64,000 bases of DNA, from positions 320,001 through 384,000 of the forward strand of contig CBDCXV010000011.1 in assembly GCA_965223905.1 (NCBI GenBank), read 5' to 3'. The position numbers and the translations under genes were made by a program. The notes beneath the pieces are model-generated. The model made no database searches. It saw only the letters and a program-made list of their open reading frames with translations, and was not told the origin of the DNA. Origin of the DNA: Candidatus Latescibacterota bacterium (lineage in GTDB: Bacteria > Latescibacterota > UBA2968 > UBA8231). Shown piece by piece: positions 1-10,006 of this stretch; the first letter of the stretch is position 1, and each line of letters begins with the position of its first letter.

Positions 1-1580
1 GGACCGTACCTTATCGTCTGTCCGGCCTCGGTCAAGAGAAACTGGGTACGTGAGATCCTGATGGTTATTCCCGAAGCCGAGACGCATATCGCCGGCCCGG
101 CTCCGGTACCCGAGCCGGGGTACTGCGGCTGGGTGGTCCTCAACTACGACATCCTTCACCGGCAGATCGACGCACTGCTTGCGCACGACTGGAAAGGGCT
201 GGTGTTCGACGAAGCTCACTACCTCAAGAACCACCGCTCCATCCGCAGCCGCACGGCGACGCGCCTGATCTCCGAGGCCGCCTGCGACCCGGTCGTTCAC
301 GCCCTTACCGGAACACCGCTGACCAACAGGCCCCGAGACCTGTTTCCCCTTCTCCAACTGGTCGACCACTCCCTAGGGCGCAGCTTCCTGTCCTTCTCGA
401 AACGCTACTGCAACGGCCACAGGAATGACTACGGGTACTGGGAATCGTCCGGTGCCAGCAACGTACAGGAATTATCCGTGCAGCTTCACGGTACCATGCT
501 GCGCCGCACCAAAGCGGAGGTTCTCGACCTTCCTTCCAAGGTGCGGACCTGGATCGACATCGACGTTCCCCAGCGCGCAGTCGACCGCATGAACGAGGCG
601 GTCGGGCGGTTTCTCGGCCCCGATGCGGAGCGCGACCGGCGAGGCTACAGGATGGGATCGGCATGCTCCAGAGCGCCCGCCGAACCATGGCCGCGGTAAA
701 GGCGAGGCAGACCCTCGAATTCGCCAGAGGAGCTGTCGAACAGGGTGAGAAGGTCCTTCTGTTCTCCGGGTTCGTGAATCCCATCGAGCGATTCGCCCGC
801 CACTTCGGAAAGCAGGCCGTGGTAGTTTCGGGGGAGGTGCCGCAGTCCCGACGACAGACCCTCGTTGACCGCTTCCAGGAGGAGGAGGATGTTCGCGTGT
901 ACGTCGGGCAAATCCACGCAGGGGGCATGGGGGTCAACCTGACTGCGGCCAACCAGGTGATCTTCAACGATCTCGACTGGGTCCCGGCCAATCACTTCCA
1001 GGCCGAAGACCGGGCTCACCGCATCGGACAGACCGGCACCGTCAACGTCACTTACATGATCGCTAGGGGTACGATCGAGGAATTCGTCCGCACGGTCCTG
1101 GAAACCAAGGCACAACTGGTCGACGACGTCGTCGAAGGTCGCTCCCTGGCCCCCGACCTCAACACCGACGTCCTCGCCGAACTCAAGCGAATGCTGAAGG
1201 TCCTTGGGCGGCACATGGAGACAGCCGGGGAGGACCTTTCCGCGGATGATCTGCTTCTTCGCATGCGGGAAGCGAGCGACGCCTATTTCGAGGACCAGGG
1301 TAGCCATTTTAAGCCGGGTCTTCGGGCGGCTCTCACCCCGGTATCGGACCAGGCGGTGCGCGCCCTGGGCAGTGTGCTGACGGGGCCGCGGCGACAGCTG
1401 TTCCGCGCCCGTAGCTCGCGCCAGGCAGGCCGCTTCTACAGGCTCGAAGTCGTCGGTTCTGACATCATCTGTGAGTGCAAGGGGTTTTCCTACCGCGGCG
1501 CCTGCACCCACGTTCGCGAGTTGAAGGCCTGCCTGGTCGCCGGCACGGAGCTGCCGGACGGCTTCGAGAGAAGCGAGTGA
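1..1580 (+). CDS. SNF2-family DEAH helicase with C-terminal SWIM zinc finger; 5' end outside window, frameshift near 650-665
   Basis: Frame 1 is open from base 1 (LIVCPASVKRNW) and contains VFDEAHYLKN, ALTGTP and MLRRTK. ORF 663-1580 continues with GGMGVNL, QAEDRAHRIGQ and CECKGFSYRGACTH (SWIM CxC..CxH). Confidence 0.85.
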
Positions 1581-1736
1581 AGCGCTCTCCCCGAGGCTTC
1601 CATTAGACCCGGGAATGCGAACCAGGAAAATGCAAGGAGAATGCACGCCAGCGGCGGCCGCGTGCGCACGGCGCCGCACGACCGTTTGCCCCCGGCCAGG
1701 GGGCAACAATATCATGCGCTTCGGGAGACTCGAGAA

Positions 1737-3104
1737 ATGACTCAGAAGCAGATCGACACCGCTTCGGTACGGGAACGCGACCGCGCCCACGTCTGGCATC
1801 CGCTTTTTCAACACAGCCTGCTCGAACACCAGGACCTGATGGTGCTCGACAGGGGAGAAGGCTGCTTCCTCTTCGACAGCGATGGCCGGCGATATCTCGA
1901 CGGTTACTCCGGACTGTGGAACGTCAATGTCGGCTACGGACGCACGGAGATCGCCGCGGCCGTGCACGAGCAGTTGCTGCGGCTTCCCTACTATCCGCAG
2001 TCCCAGATCAACGAGCCCGCGGCGACGCTGGCCGCGCGCCTGGCGGAGATTCTACCCGGCGACTTGCACCATGTGTTCTATTCGAACAGCGGCTCCGAGG
2101 CGAACGAGACCGCCTTCAAGATCGCCCGGCAGTACGGCCGCCAGAAATTCCCGGGACAGAATCGCTACAAGATCATCTCACGATACCAGGGATATCACGG
2201 ATTCACCTTCGGGGCGATGTCGGCGACCGGCCAGACGAGCCGGCGCTCGAAGTTCGAACCCCTGGTGCCCGGATTCCTGCATGTCGATCCCCCTTACTGC
2301 TTCCGCTGTCCCCTGAAGCTGACGTACCCCGGTTGCGGTATTGCATGTGTCGAGGAAGTCGAGGAAGTGATCAAACGTGAGGATCCTGAAACAGTAGCGG
2401 CGGTGGTTGCCGAACCTGTCATAGGAGGGGGTGGGGTGATCGTACCTCCCGACGAGTACCTCCCTCGCCTGCGAGCGATCTGCGACCGCTACGGAGTTTT
2501 GCTGATCCTTGACGAGGTGATCACAGGTTTCGGCCGCACCGGAGCGCTCTTCGCCGCCCAGCATTGGGACGTGGTGCCCGATATTATGACACTCGCCAAG
2601 GGGGTGACGAGCGGCTACCTGCCACTGGCGGCATGCGCCGTGCGTCCCCAAGTCTTCGAGACCTTTATCGGGCAGCCCGAAGAGCGGCGGGAGCTGGCCC
2701 AGGTCTCGACCTACGGAGGCCATCCGGCCTGTTGCGCCGCGGCCTTGGCCAACATCGATATACTGCTGAATGAGCGATTGACCGAGAACGCCGCAACAGT
2801 CGGTTCCTATCTGCTGGAACAGCTCGCTGCGCTGCAATCGCCGGTGCTGGGAGAAGTGCGAGGGAAGGGGTTGATGATGGCACTGGAGCTGACCGAGCCG
2901 GAAGGCATGGAGCTGCTTAACGCCGATGCGACGGCGGCGGTAAAGGGTGCAACACGGGACGCCGGCGTCATCGTCGGGCAGATGAGCCACGTGATCCCGG
3001 CTCCGGAGAGCATCCTCTTCCTGGCGCCCCCCCTGATCCTGACCGAGGCAGAGGCAGATATGATCGTCGAAGCAGTAAAGGCGGGGCTGCACGCAACGGC
3101 GTAG
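1737..3104 (+). CDS. Class III (omega-amino acid) PLP aminotransferase
   Basis: GRRYLDGYSGLWNVNVGYG, SGSEANE, LILDEVITGFGRTG, PDIMTLAKGVTSG (PLP Lys), TYGGHP. ATG 1737 follows GGGAG. Confidence 0.92.
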   Translation: MTQKQIDTASVRERDRAHVWHPLFQHSLLEHQDLMVLDRGEGCFLFDSDGRRYLDGYSGLWNVNVGYGRTEIAAAVHEQLLRLPYYPQSQINEPAATLAARLAEILPGDLHHVFYSNSGSEANETAFKIARQYGRQKFPGQNRYKIISRYQGYHGFTFGAMSATGQTSRRSKFEPLVPGFLHVDPPYCFRCPLKLTYPGCGIACVEEVEEVIKREDPETVAAVVAEPVIGGGGVIVPPDEYLPRLRAICDRYGVLLILDEVITGFGRTGALFAAQHWDVVPDIMTLAKGVTSGYLPLAACAVRPQVFETFIGQPEERRELAQVSTYGGHPACCAAALANIDILLNERLTENAATVGSYLLEQLAALQSPVLGEVRGKGLMMALELTEPEGMELLNADATAAVKGATRDAGVIVGQMSHVIPAPESILFLAPPLILTEAEADMIVEAVKAGLHATA

Positions 3105-3117
3105 CACCGCTGCGTTC

Positions 3118-3822
3118 TCAACGCCCTTTGGAGAGATGGTAGACGATCAGGTCGGTCGCCTCTCCGGCGCTCATTCGGCCGGTGTTGATCGTCAAGTGGT
3201 AGAGCAGGAGATCGTCCCAGTCGGCTTCGTGGTGGTTCCTGAGGTACAGCTTGCGCCAACGATCGTGCTGTTCGACCAGCTCCTTCGCCTGATCGAAGCT
3301 GACATTCCGCGACTGCATCAGGCGCTCGCACCGGACCTCGAGCGGGGCGATGATCTTCACGTGCACGGCGTTGTCGCGGCCCGACAGAATCAACTGGCTG
3401 GCGCGGCCGACGATCACGGCCTTGCCCGCTTCGCCGTAGTCCTGAATCAGGGTGGTAATCAGGAGCTGGTAGGTACCGCGATCAAGGTAGGCGGCCTGTT
3501 CGCCTCCCTCCCTCTCGAGAACGTACGGGAATTCGAGCCCGAACTCGGGAAAATAGGCTGCCGACGAAAGGGGGAAACCACCCGGACTCATTTCGGGAAC
3601 TAGCAGTCGCTTCAGGAAATAGCGCACCCTGCCCTCTCCCTTCTCGTCGTACTTTTCCACCTCCTCGACCGAGGTGTCGGTTATGCTGGCAATCTCCTCG
3701 ACGAGCCGGCGATCGACATACTCGTAACCGAGGGCCTTGGCGACGTTCTCGGCGATGCGATCTCCCTCGCTGCCGAGCTGCCGGGAGACGGTGACTACAT
3801 CCAGTTCCACGTCGGATCCCAT
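3118..3822 (-). CDS. Cytidylate kinase-like family protein
   Basis: VVTVSRQLGSEG, VIVGRASQ, HVKIIAPLEVR, YHLTINT are the family pattern. Confidence 0.85.
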   Translation of the reverse strand: MGSDVELDVVTVSRQLGSEGDRIAENVAKALGYEYVDRRLVEEIASITDTSVEEVEKYDEKGEGRVRYFLKRLLVPEMSPGGFPLSSAAYFPEFGLEFPYVLEREGGEQAAYLDRGTYQLLITTLIQDYGEAGKAVIVGRASQLILSGRDNAVHVKIIAPLEVRCERLMQSRNVSFDQAKELVEQHDRWRKLYLRNHHEADWDDLLLYHLTINTGRMSAGEATDLIVYHLSKGR

Positions 3823-3940
3823 CCTGTTCCGGTCGCTGTCAAACTAACCAATCCCCCTGCCAGTGGCAACAAATCGAAGCGTCCCGAAGCGGTGGGAAAC
3901 AAGCGACGTGGAAAAAATATCGGATAGTGGTTATCTTTAG

Positions 3941-5296
3941 ATGAGTATTGCAGTTACGGCAATTCCAAGGGTGGCATATCCCACCTTTGGAAGCCCCCGG
4001 AAGCCCACGCAATCGACATTGCCCAGAAGCGCCCTCCGCATCCTCGTAGCCGTACAGAACCCCGCAACTGAAGAGGCCCTTGTGCGCCTGGCAGCGACCC
4101 TCGCCTCGCTGCCGGGAGGACAGCTGCATCTGACCCATGTCCTGCAATCGAACGGCACCAGCGAGGCCGAGCGCAACCGGACACTGTCGCGGGCAGCATC
4201 AGTGGCAAGGGAAACGGGGGCAGATGCGGAGCCCCACCTGCTGAAGGGCGAAGACGTCACCGAGGTCATCAGTTCCGCGGCCAGGAGTTGGGAATGCAAC
4301 ATGATGGTCATGGGCTGGTACGGGGATGTGAATCGCGAGGCCGTTCTCTCTTCCGACAACCGGGCCCTGGCAAAATCCGTCGACCTCGACACGCTGATCT
4401 TCAAGGAGAAGAGCTTCCGCCCCGGGCGCAGGATCATCGTTCCGACCGGGGGCGGCAGTCACTCGCTCATGGGGCTGCAGATCGCCGCGGACCTCGCCCA
4501 GGCGTGGGGATCGGAGTTGCGCGTGCTGCGGGTGGCTCGCGACCGTGAATGCCGGCCGCGAGATCCGATTCTGGAGCGCTACTGCAGCCAGGTGTACGCC
4601 GACACCGAGCTGCGGCTGAAGCTGCTCGGAATCGGGGCCGACATCGACGTCGTGCCTTCCGTCGACATAGTGGAACCGATCATCGAACGCACCCGCAAAG
4701 ACGACTTCCTCGTTCTCGGAGCTTCCAACGACTGGCGGCAGGAGGAGTTCCTGGCCGGCTCGATTCCGGATGAGATCGCCTTTGAATCCCCTTGCTCGGT
4801 TCTAATGGTGCGGTCGAGGTCAACCGAAAACAACAGGTTGAGCGGGATCTTTTTCGAAAACACCATCCGCCTGCAGCTGCAAACCCGGGACAAGTGGGAC
4901 GCCATATGCCAGATGGTCGATGTCCTTGTGGAGGAGAGACAGATCCCCGCCTCCCAGCGCGACTACGTCCTCGGCTCGGCGTTGAATCGCGAGCGCAAGA
5001 GCAGCACCGCCATGGGGAGGGAGACCGCGATCCCTCATGCGGCGATCGAGAACCTCCCCAGCATCATCGGCGCCCTCGGAATCTGCCGCGAAGGCGTCGA
5101 CTTCGACGGACCGGACGGCGAACCTGTGCGCTACATCTTTCTTCTCCTCACTCCGAGGCAGAACTACCGCAGCTACATTCCCGTGCTCGCCCAGATCGCC
5201 TCCCTGATGCGTGGAGAGGACACCCGCGCCAAGTTGCTCGACTGCCGCACCCCTGCCGAACTCACCGCCCTCCTGAAGCGCCGGGAGTCGGGCTGA
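3941..5296 (+). CDS. Tandem universal stress protein domains fused to a PTS EIIA (Ntr/Fru-type) domain
   Basis: ILVAVQNP, IIVPTGGGSHS and GSIPDEIA..PCSVLMVR (USP); RERKSSTAMGRETAIPHA (EIIA phospho-His) and GVDFDGPDGEPV. Confidence 0.85.
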   Translation: MSIAVTAIPRVAYPTFGSPRKPTQSTLPRSALRILVAVQNPATEEALVRLAATLASLPGGQLHLTHVLQSNGTSEAERNRTLSRAASVARETGADAEPHLLKGEDVTEVISSAARSWECNMMVMGWYGDVNREAVLSSDNRALAKSVDLDTLIFKEKSFRPGRRIIVPTGGGSHSLMGLQIAADLAQAWGSELRVLRVARDRECRPRDPILERYCSQVYADTELRLKLLGIGADIDVVPSVDIVEPIIERTRKDDFLVLGASNDWRQEEFLAGSIPDEIAFESPCSVLMVRSRSTENNRLSGIFFENTIRLQLQTRDKWDAICQMVDVLVEERQIPASQRDYVLGSALNRERKSSTAMGRETAIPHAAIENLPSIIGALGICREGVDFDGPDGEPVRYIFLLLTPRQNYRSYIPVLAQIASLMRGEDTRAKLLDCRTPAELTALLKRRESG

Positions 5297-5329
5297 GAGC
5301 CGCTGGAAAACCCTGTTTCCCCGCCCCTC

Positions 5330-5364
5330 GGATCCCCTGAAGGGCATTTCCTTCAAGGGGATCC
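5330..5364. other. Intergenic inverted repeat (stem-loop)
   Basis: GGATCCCC-TGAAGG / CCTTCA-A-GGGGATCC; no U-tract. Confidence 0.4.
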
Positions 5365-5383
5365 CCCCCCTGCCCTCCATGCG

Positions 5384-6421
5384 TTGAAGAGCCGGCACCC
5401 CAGCTCCTACCCCGCCGCGGCGGCCATCGATCTTGGAACCAATACCATCCTGATGGTTGCGGGCCGGAGGAGGTCGCCACGCCCTGGAGACATCGAGATC
5501 CTCGACGACGCTCACGCCATCGCGCGGCTCGGACAAGGGGTCGATGCAGAGCGGAGAATTCAACCCGAAGCGATCGATCGCGTCTGCGGTTGCCTTCTGC
5601 GCTACCGTGACAGGGCGGCCGGCCTCGGCGCGAGCTTGATACGGGCCTACGGGACCTCGGCGCTGCGCGATGCCTCCAACAAGAGGGAGCTCATCGCCGC
5701 AGTGGTCGAGAGAACCGGGATCGAAATCGTCGAGCTCTCCGGGGAGGAGGAAGCCCGCCTGACCTTCACGGGGGCGGCGTTCGGACTGGGTCTTCCGGAG
5801 CGCTACGGAGTCGTCGATATCGGCGGAGGTTCCACCGAACTAGCGCTCGGCAAGGGTGACGGCACGGTGGAACAATCGATCTCCGTCGATGTGGGCGCTG
5901 TCCGCGTCAGCGAGCGGTTCTTTCCCTCCCTCCCTCCCTCGCCGGGGCAGGTCGGGAAAGCGGCGGCGATGATAGCCAGTGTGATGGCGGGTCTCTTCGA
6001 GGTCCCCTCGGGGATTACGGTTCTCGGGGTGGCCGGAACCGTTACGACACTCGGGGCGCTCGACCGGGAGACCGAACGCTTCGACTCCGCGGAACTCGAC
6101 GGCCATGTCCTCGCCCGCAAACGCGTGGTGGAGCTGAGCGACATGCTTCTCGGGTTGGGCCTCGAAGAAATACAGGCCTTTCCTCAGGTGAGCGACCAGC
6201 GGGCCGACATAATCACCGCGGGCTCGCTCATCCTGCGCCGCTTCCTGGAACAGTTCGACCTGCCCTCGGTCATCGTGTCGACCAAGGGGATTCGCTACGG
6301 ACTGTTGCAGCAGATGCTTGCCGGAGAAAGCAGAGGGCGGAAGTCGCCTCGAGACGTTTCGGGAGGAGGCCGTTCTGACGATCCTCCCGGGTGGGATCAC
6401 CTGGACAGGCTGGGCCGTTGA
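5384..6421 (+). CDS. ppx: Ppx/GppA family exopolyphosphatase
   Basis: AAIDLGTNT, RLGQGVD, TSALRDASN, SGEEEARL, DIGGGSTE, GVAGTVTT, RADII. Confidence 0.9.
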   Translation: MKSRHPSSYPAAAAIDLGTNTILMVAGRRRSPRPGDIEILDDAHAIARLGQGVDAERRIQPEAIDRVCGCLLRYRDRAAGLGASLIRAYGTSALRDASNKRELIAAVVERTGIEIVELSGEEEARLTFTGAAFGLGLPERYGVVDIGGGSTELALGKGDGTVEQSISVDVGAVRVSERFFPSLPPSPGQVGKAAAMIASVMAGLFEVPSGITVLGVAGTVTTLGALDRETERFDSAELDGHVLARKRVVELSDMLLGLGLEEIQAFPQVSDQRADIITAGSLILRRFLEQFDLPSVIVSTKGIRYGLLQQMLAGESRGRKSPRDVSGGGRSDDPPGWDHLDRLGR

Positions 6422-7659
6422 TCCATATCCGACATCCCGGGGGGATCAGGGCTTCCCCCCGACTCGGATGCCACGCTGTCCGCTTCTACACCCCACCGGT
6501 ACGGACGGCCCTTCCAGTCGAAGCGGCCAAGCGCCCCGAACAGGCCGATGGCGACGATGTAGAGCGGATGACTCAGGGTCCAGGGCAGAAACTGCCAGTG
6601 GAGATCCCGGCGCTGGAATACCTGCCTGGACCGCGCGAACAGCGCTCCCTCAGCGGCGCTCTTCAAGAGCCAGGCAGCCGCGACGGAGAACCAGCTGACG
6701 GTCCCCCACCAGGCGAGGACGGGTGTCGCCAGGAGCATCGCACTCATGGCAAAGGTGCAGGCCAGGTAGGAAAAGAAGGGCGGGTCGAGCAAGGCTTGGC
6801 AGGAAGCGTTCGAAGCCCAGCGGCAGCGCTTGGCGAGAAGCCCCGACAGGGACGGGGAGGGCGGGTGAACCACGTGCCCGTCGGCATCTCCCGCAAACAG
6901 GATACGCCACCGTCGCGTGCGCCGGATGAGCTGCATCAGGAGGACGTCGTCGCCCGAACCCCGGTGCATGATGCGGCCGTATCCGCCGACCTCATCGTAC
7001 GCCGCCTTGCGAAAGCCGAGACTCTGCCCCGACGCTGCCAGCGCCCGCCCGCGACCGGCGCCGGCCGCGGCCGCGGCCATCAGGTTGAGGTAATCGACCG
7101 CCTCCCAACCTCCCAGAGCTCCCAACCGGCCGGTGTCCCGGCGTATCCCGGAGTAGCCGATGACCATTCCGACAGTGTCGTCGTCGAAGCGGACCGCCAT
7201 GGAAGCCGCCCAAGTGGGAGGCAGGCGGCAGTCGGCGTCGGTGGTCAGGACAACATCCCCTCCCGCCTTCTCGACGCCGAGCGACAGGGCCCTCTTCTTC
7301 GATCCGACCCGCCCCGGAAACCCGGACGTCCCGAGAATGGTCAGGCGAAGGTCGCGACCGCGGGCGAACTCCCTGGCGAGCTTCGCGGTGCGGTCGGTCG
7401 AGCCGTCGTCGACGAGGATCACCTCGTATTTCTCCGATGGCAGGGTCTGACGGTCCAGCCCCCGCAGGCAGGCGACGATGTTGTCCTCCTCGTTGCGGGC
7501 CGCGATCACAATCGAGATTTCCCGCCGGGGGTGGGTGGGCTTTTTCCGGATTCGATTGACATCCTCGCGGGAGGCGAGTCCCTGCCGGAACCAGATGACG
7601 GCGGCGGCGTAGACGGCAGTGAGCCCTGCCAGCGCGACCTCGATGCCAGACGCGTCCAC
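6397..7659 (-). CDS. Membrane glycosyltransferase family 2
   Basis: SIVIAARNEE, VDDGSTD, KKRAL, TTDADC, SGDDV, KRCRW plus TM segments. The start GTG 7659 is inferred. Confidence 0.88.
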   Translation of the reverse strand: MDASGIEVALAGLTAVYAAAVIWFRQGLASREDVNRIRKKPTHPRREISIVIAARNEEDNIVACLRGLDRQTLPSEKYEVILVDDGSTDRTAKLAREFARGRDLRLTILGTSGFPGRVGSKKRALSLGVEKAGGDVVLTTDADCRLPPTWAASMAVRFDDDTVGMVIGYSGIRRDTGRLGALGGWEAVDYLNLMAAAAAGAGRGRALAASGQSLGFRKAAYDEVGGYGRIMHRGSGDDVLLMQLIRRTRRWRILFAGDADGHVVHPPSPSLSGLLAKRCRWASNASCQALLDPPFFSYLACTFAMSAMLLATPVLAWWGTVSWFSVAAAWLLKSAAEGALFARSRQVFQRRDLHWQFLPWTLSHPLYIVAIGLFGALGRFDWKGRPYRWGVEADSVASESGGSPDPPGMSDMDQRPSLSR

Positions 7660-7673
7660 CGCCTGCAGCCGGG

Positions 7674-8747
7674 CTAACCGCGCAGCTCTTTGACGAGCGA
7701 GAACATGCCGCGGTACCCCTCGGAGCAGTTGCGGCACATGTCGACCGACTTGCGATCAGCCAGGATTTTTCGCCGGAAGTCCATGTACGCCCGTCCGCGC
7801 CAGATGCCGCGGAAGTCCTGGCGGGGATCGAAGCTGTCCCCCATGCCGAAGTCTACGTCCTTGTCGAAGCAGCAGGGAGCCACGGCCCCGTTCCAATTCA
7901 CCATAGAGGAATACCACAGCACCTTGCATCCCTTGCTGGGCTGACCTTTGACGAGCAACTCCCCCGAGGGGGAATCCTCATAGCGCCGATAGTCGCCGTC
8001 TTCGGGCAGAAACTCTTCCACTTCGTCCGGAGAGTACACCTGCGCGGTCTTGACGAGGAACTTCTCCGCGCCCAGTTCCCCTGCCAGTCGCTCCGCCTCG
8101 GCGATGTCCCCCTCGTTGTGGCGAAATACGATGAACTGCAGGTTGACGAGGGGGGTTCTGGAGCCGAGCTCCGATTTGGCCTGGGCCAACAGGCGGGCGC
8201 CGCGAATGACGTAGTCGAAACGCCCCCCGACGCGGTAGCGCTCGTACGTCTCCTGGTCGACTCCGTCGAGCGAAACGATGATTTCGTCGAGTCCGGAAGC
8301 GATGATCGCCCGGGCCTGCTCAATGTTGCGTATGTAATGGCCGTTGGTGCTTGTCATCGTCGGGATCCGTCTGTCCCGGGCGTAGCGAACCATGTCGACG
8401 AAACCCTTGTTGATGAACGGCTCCCCCTGGTTCCACAACATCAGAAGGACCAAGTGCTCACCGACCTCGTCGATGAGCCTCTTGAAGTCGTCGAGGTTCA
8501 TGTGGCCGCGGGCCCGTTTCATCTCCCCGTTGCCCGAAGGACACAAAGGGCACTTCAGATTGCAGAAGTTCGTCGGCTCGATCATCATCATGAACGGCCG
8601 GCCCCAGACGATGGGACGACCCGTGGCCGACGAGAGTCCCATCGAGGCGAGCACCTTGCCCGCGTTCCACAGTCGTTTCCAGGTAAAGGCGTACCCGTAG
8701 CGTTCGATGTACCTGGGAATCGCCTTGGGGGACAGCAGAAAGGCCAA
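7674..8747 (-). CDS. Radical SAM / SPASM-twitch domain protein
   Basis: EPTNFCNLKCPLC (CxxxCxxC), QGEPF, STNG, SLDG; C-terminal C..W..VNWNGAVAPCC..CRNC. The start TTG 8747 is inferred. Confidence 0.9.
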   Translation of the reverse strand: MAFLLSPKAIPRYIERYGYAFTWKRLWNAGKVLASMGLSSATGRPIVWGRPFMMMIEPTNFCNLKCPLCPSGNGEMKRARGHMNLDDFKRLIDEVGEHLVLLMLWNQGEPFINKGFVDMVRYARDRRIPTMTSTNGHYIRNIEQARAIIASGLDEIIVSLDGVDQETYERYRVGGRFDYVIRGARLLAQAKSELGSRTPLVNLQFIVFRHNEGDIAEAERLAGELGAEKFLVKTAQVYSPDEVEEFLPEDGDYRRYEDSPSGELLVKGQPSKGCKVLWYSSMVNWNGAVAPCCFDKDVDFGMGDSFDPRQDFRGIWRGRAYMDFRRKILADRKSVDMCRNCSEGYRGMFSLVKELRG

Positions 8748-8803
8748 TGGAATCTGTTTCCGGTGTCGGTGGTTGGCCGCGCGGGCCGATCGGCAGTGAC
8801 GCC

Positions 8804-9946
8804 CTATGGCGCCGGGAATTCCTCTTCCTCCTCCCCCTCCTCGCGCCAGCGGAACCAGCCCGCGGTGCCGGCGGGCACGAACAGCAGGACGTACGGAATA
8901 TAGAGAAATTCGAGAATCGGCAAAAAAAGGATCAGCCTGCGGTCTTCGGCTGTCGGGGCAAAGCTCCGCAGCAGGAGGAAATCGATCAGCCAGCGACCTC
9001 CCCAGACTGCGGGAAAAGCGGGCGGCACCTTTTCGAACAGGAAGGTCTGAACTACCCCCCACAGCAGGGTCAGGTGAAAGAGGTAGACGGCCGCGCCCAG
9101 CACCTTCGCCGCCCCTCGATAGTGCCCAGCCTTGGAGGCGTGGCGCAGTTTCTGGTGCATGAGCCCCGACCAGGATTCAGGTCCGGGATCACATGAAACC
9201 ACCGCCTCCGGATCGCGGCAGAAAACGAATCGCCAGTCAGTGGCCTCGGCTACCAGCCGGGCAAAGTAGACGTCGTCGCCGGCGACGAGATGGCCGATCG
9301 AAGCGTACCCTCCGACCTCCTCGTACACGCGCCGCCTGTAGGCGAGGTTTCTACCCGTGCAGGAGAGCACGGCCCCCCTCCCGATGCTGCCGGCCGCCAG
9401 GGCGCTGACGGCGAGGTTGTCCAGGGCCAGTACCCGATGCCGCAGCCACCTCGTCCTGCGCGGCCTCGCGCACCCTGCGACCAGCCCGACCCCGTCGGCG
9501 AACATCGAGGCCGTTATGCGCACCCATCCCGGTGACGGCTCGCAGTCCGCGTCGGTGAACAGCAGCAGCTCGCCGGAGCTGGCGGCGATCCCCCGTGCCA
9601 GGGCGCTCTTCTTCGGGCACTCGAACTCCCCATCCCCCTGGCGCAGCGACACCGGCTTGAGAGCGGGCCACTTCCCGGCGATTTCCCGGAGAATTTCCGC
9701 GGTTCGGTCACTGGAGCGGTCGTCGACCACCACGACTTCGAGCCTGCCCGCATAGTCCTGGAGTTGAAGCGACCGCAGGCAGGTGGAGATCGAGGCCTCC
9801 TCGTTGCGCGCCGCGATAATAACGCTGACGTCGGGGGTCGTCCCGGAGGACGCCGGGGGCACTCGCCGGAGCCCCAGCAACAGCCATCCGACGGCAGCGG
9901 CGTACGTGCATCCGAGGAGGATCATCGCCGCCTGAAGCTCAAGCAT
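8804..9946 (-). CDS. Membrane glycosyltransferase family 2
   Basis: SVIIAARNEE, VDDRSSD, PKKSAL, FTDADC, AGDDV, QKLRH; paralog of 6397-7659. Confidence 0.9.
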   Translation of the reverse strand: MLELQAAMILLGCTYAAAVGWLLLGLRRVPPASSGTTPDVSVIIAARNEEASISTCLRSLQLQDYAGRLEVVVVDDRSSDRTAEILREIAGKWPALKPVSLRQGDGEFECPKKSALARGIAASSGELLLFTDADCEPSPGWVRITASMFADGVGLVAGCARPRRTRWLRHRVLALDNLAVSALAAGSIGRGAVLSCTGRNLAYRRRVYEEVGGYASIGHLVAGDDVYFARLVAEATDWRFVFCRDPEAVVSCDPGPESWSGLMHQKLRHASKAGHYRGAAKVLGAAVYLFHLTLLWGVVQTFLFEKVPPAFPAVWGGRWLIDFLLLRSFAPTAEDRRLILFLPILEFLYIPYVLLFVPAGTAGWFRWREEGEEEEEFPAP

Positions 9947-10006
9947 CGATCACGAGGGGGAGGGGGAAGGCGAAAGGGCCTCCAGGGCCTGATCTTGCCC
10001 TGGAGG

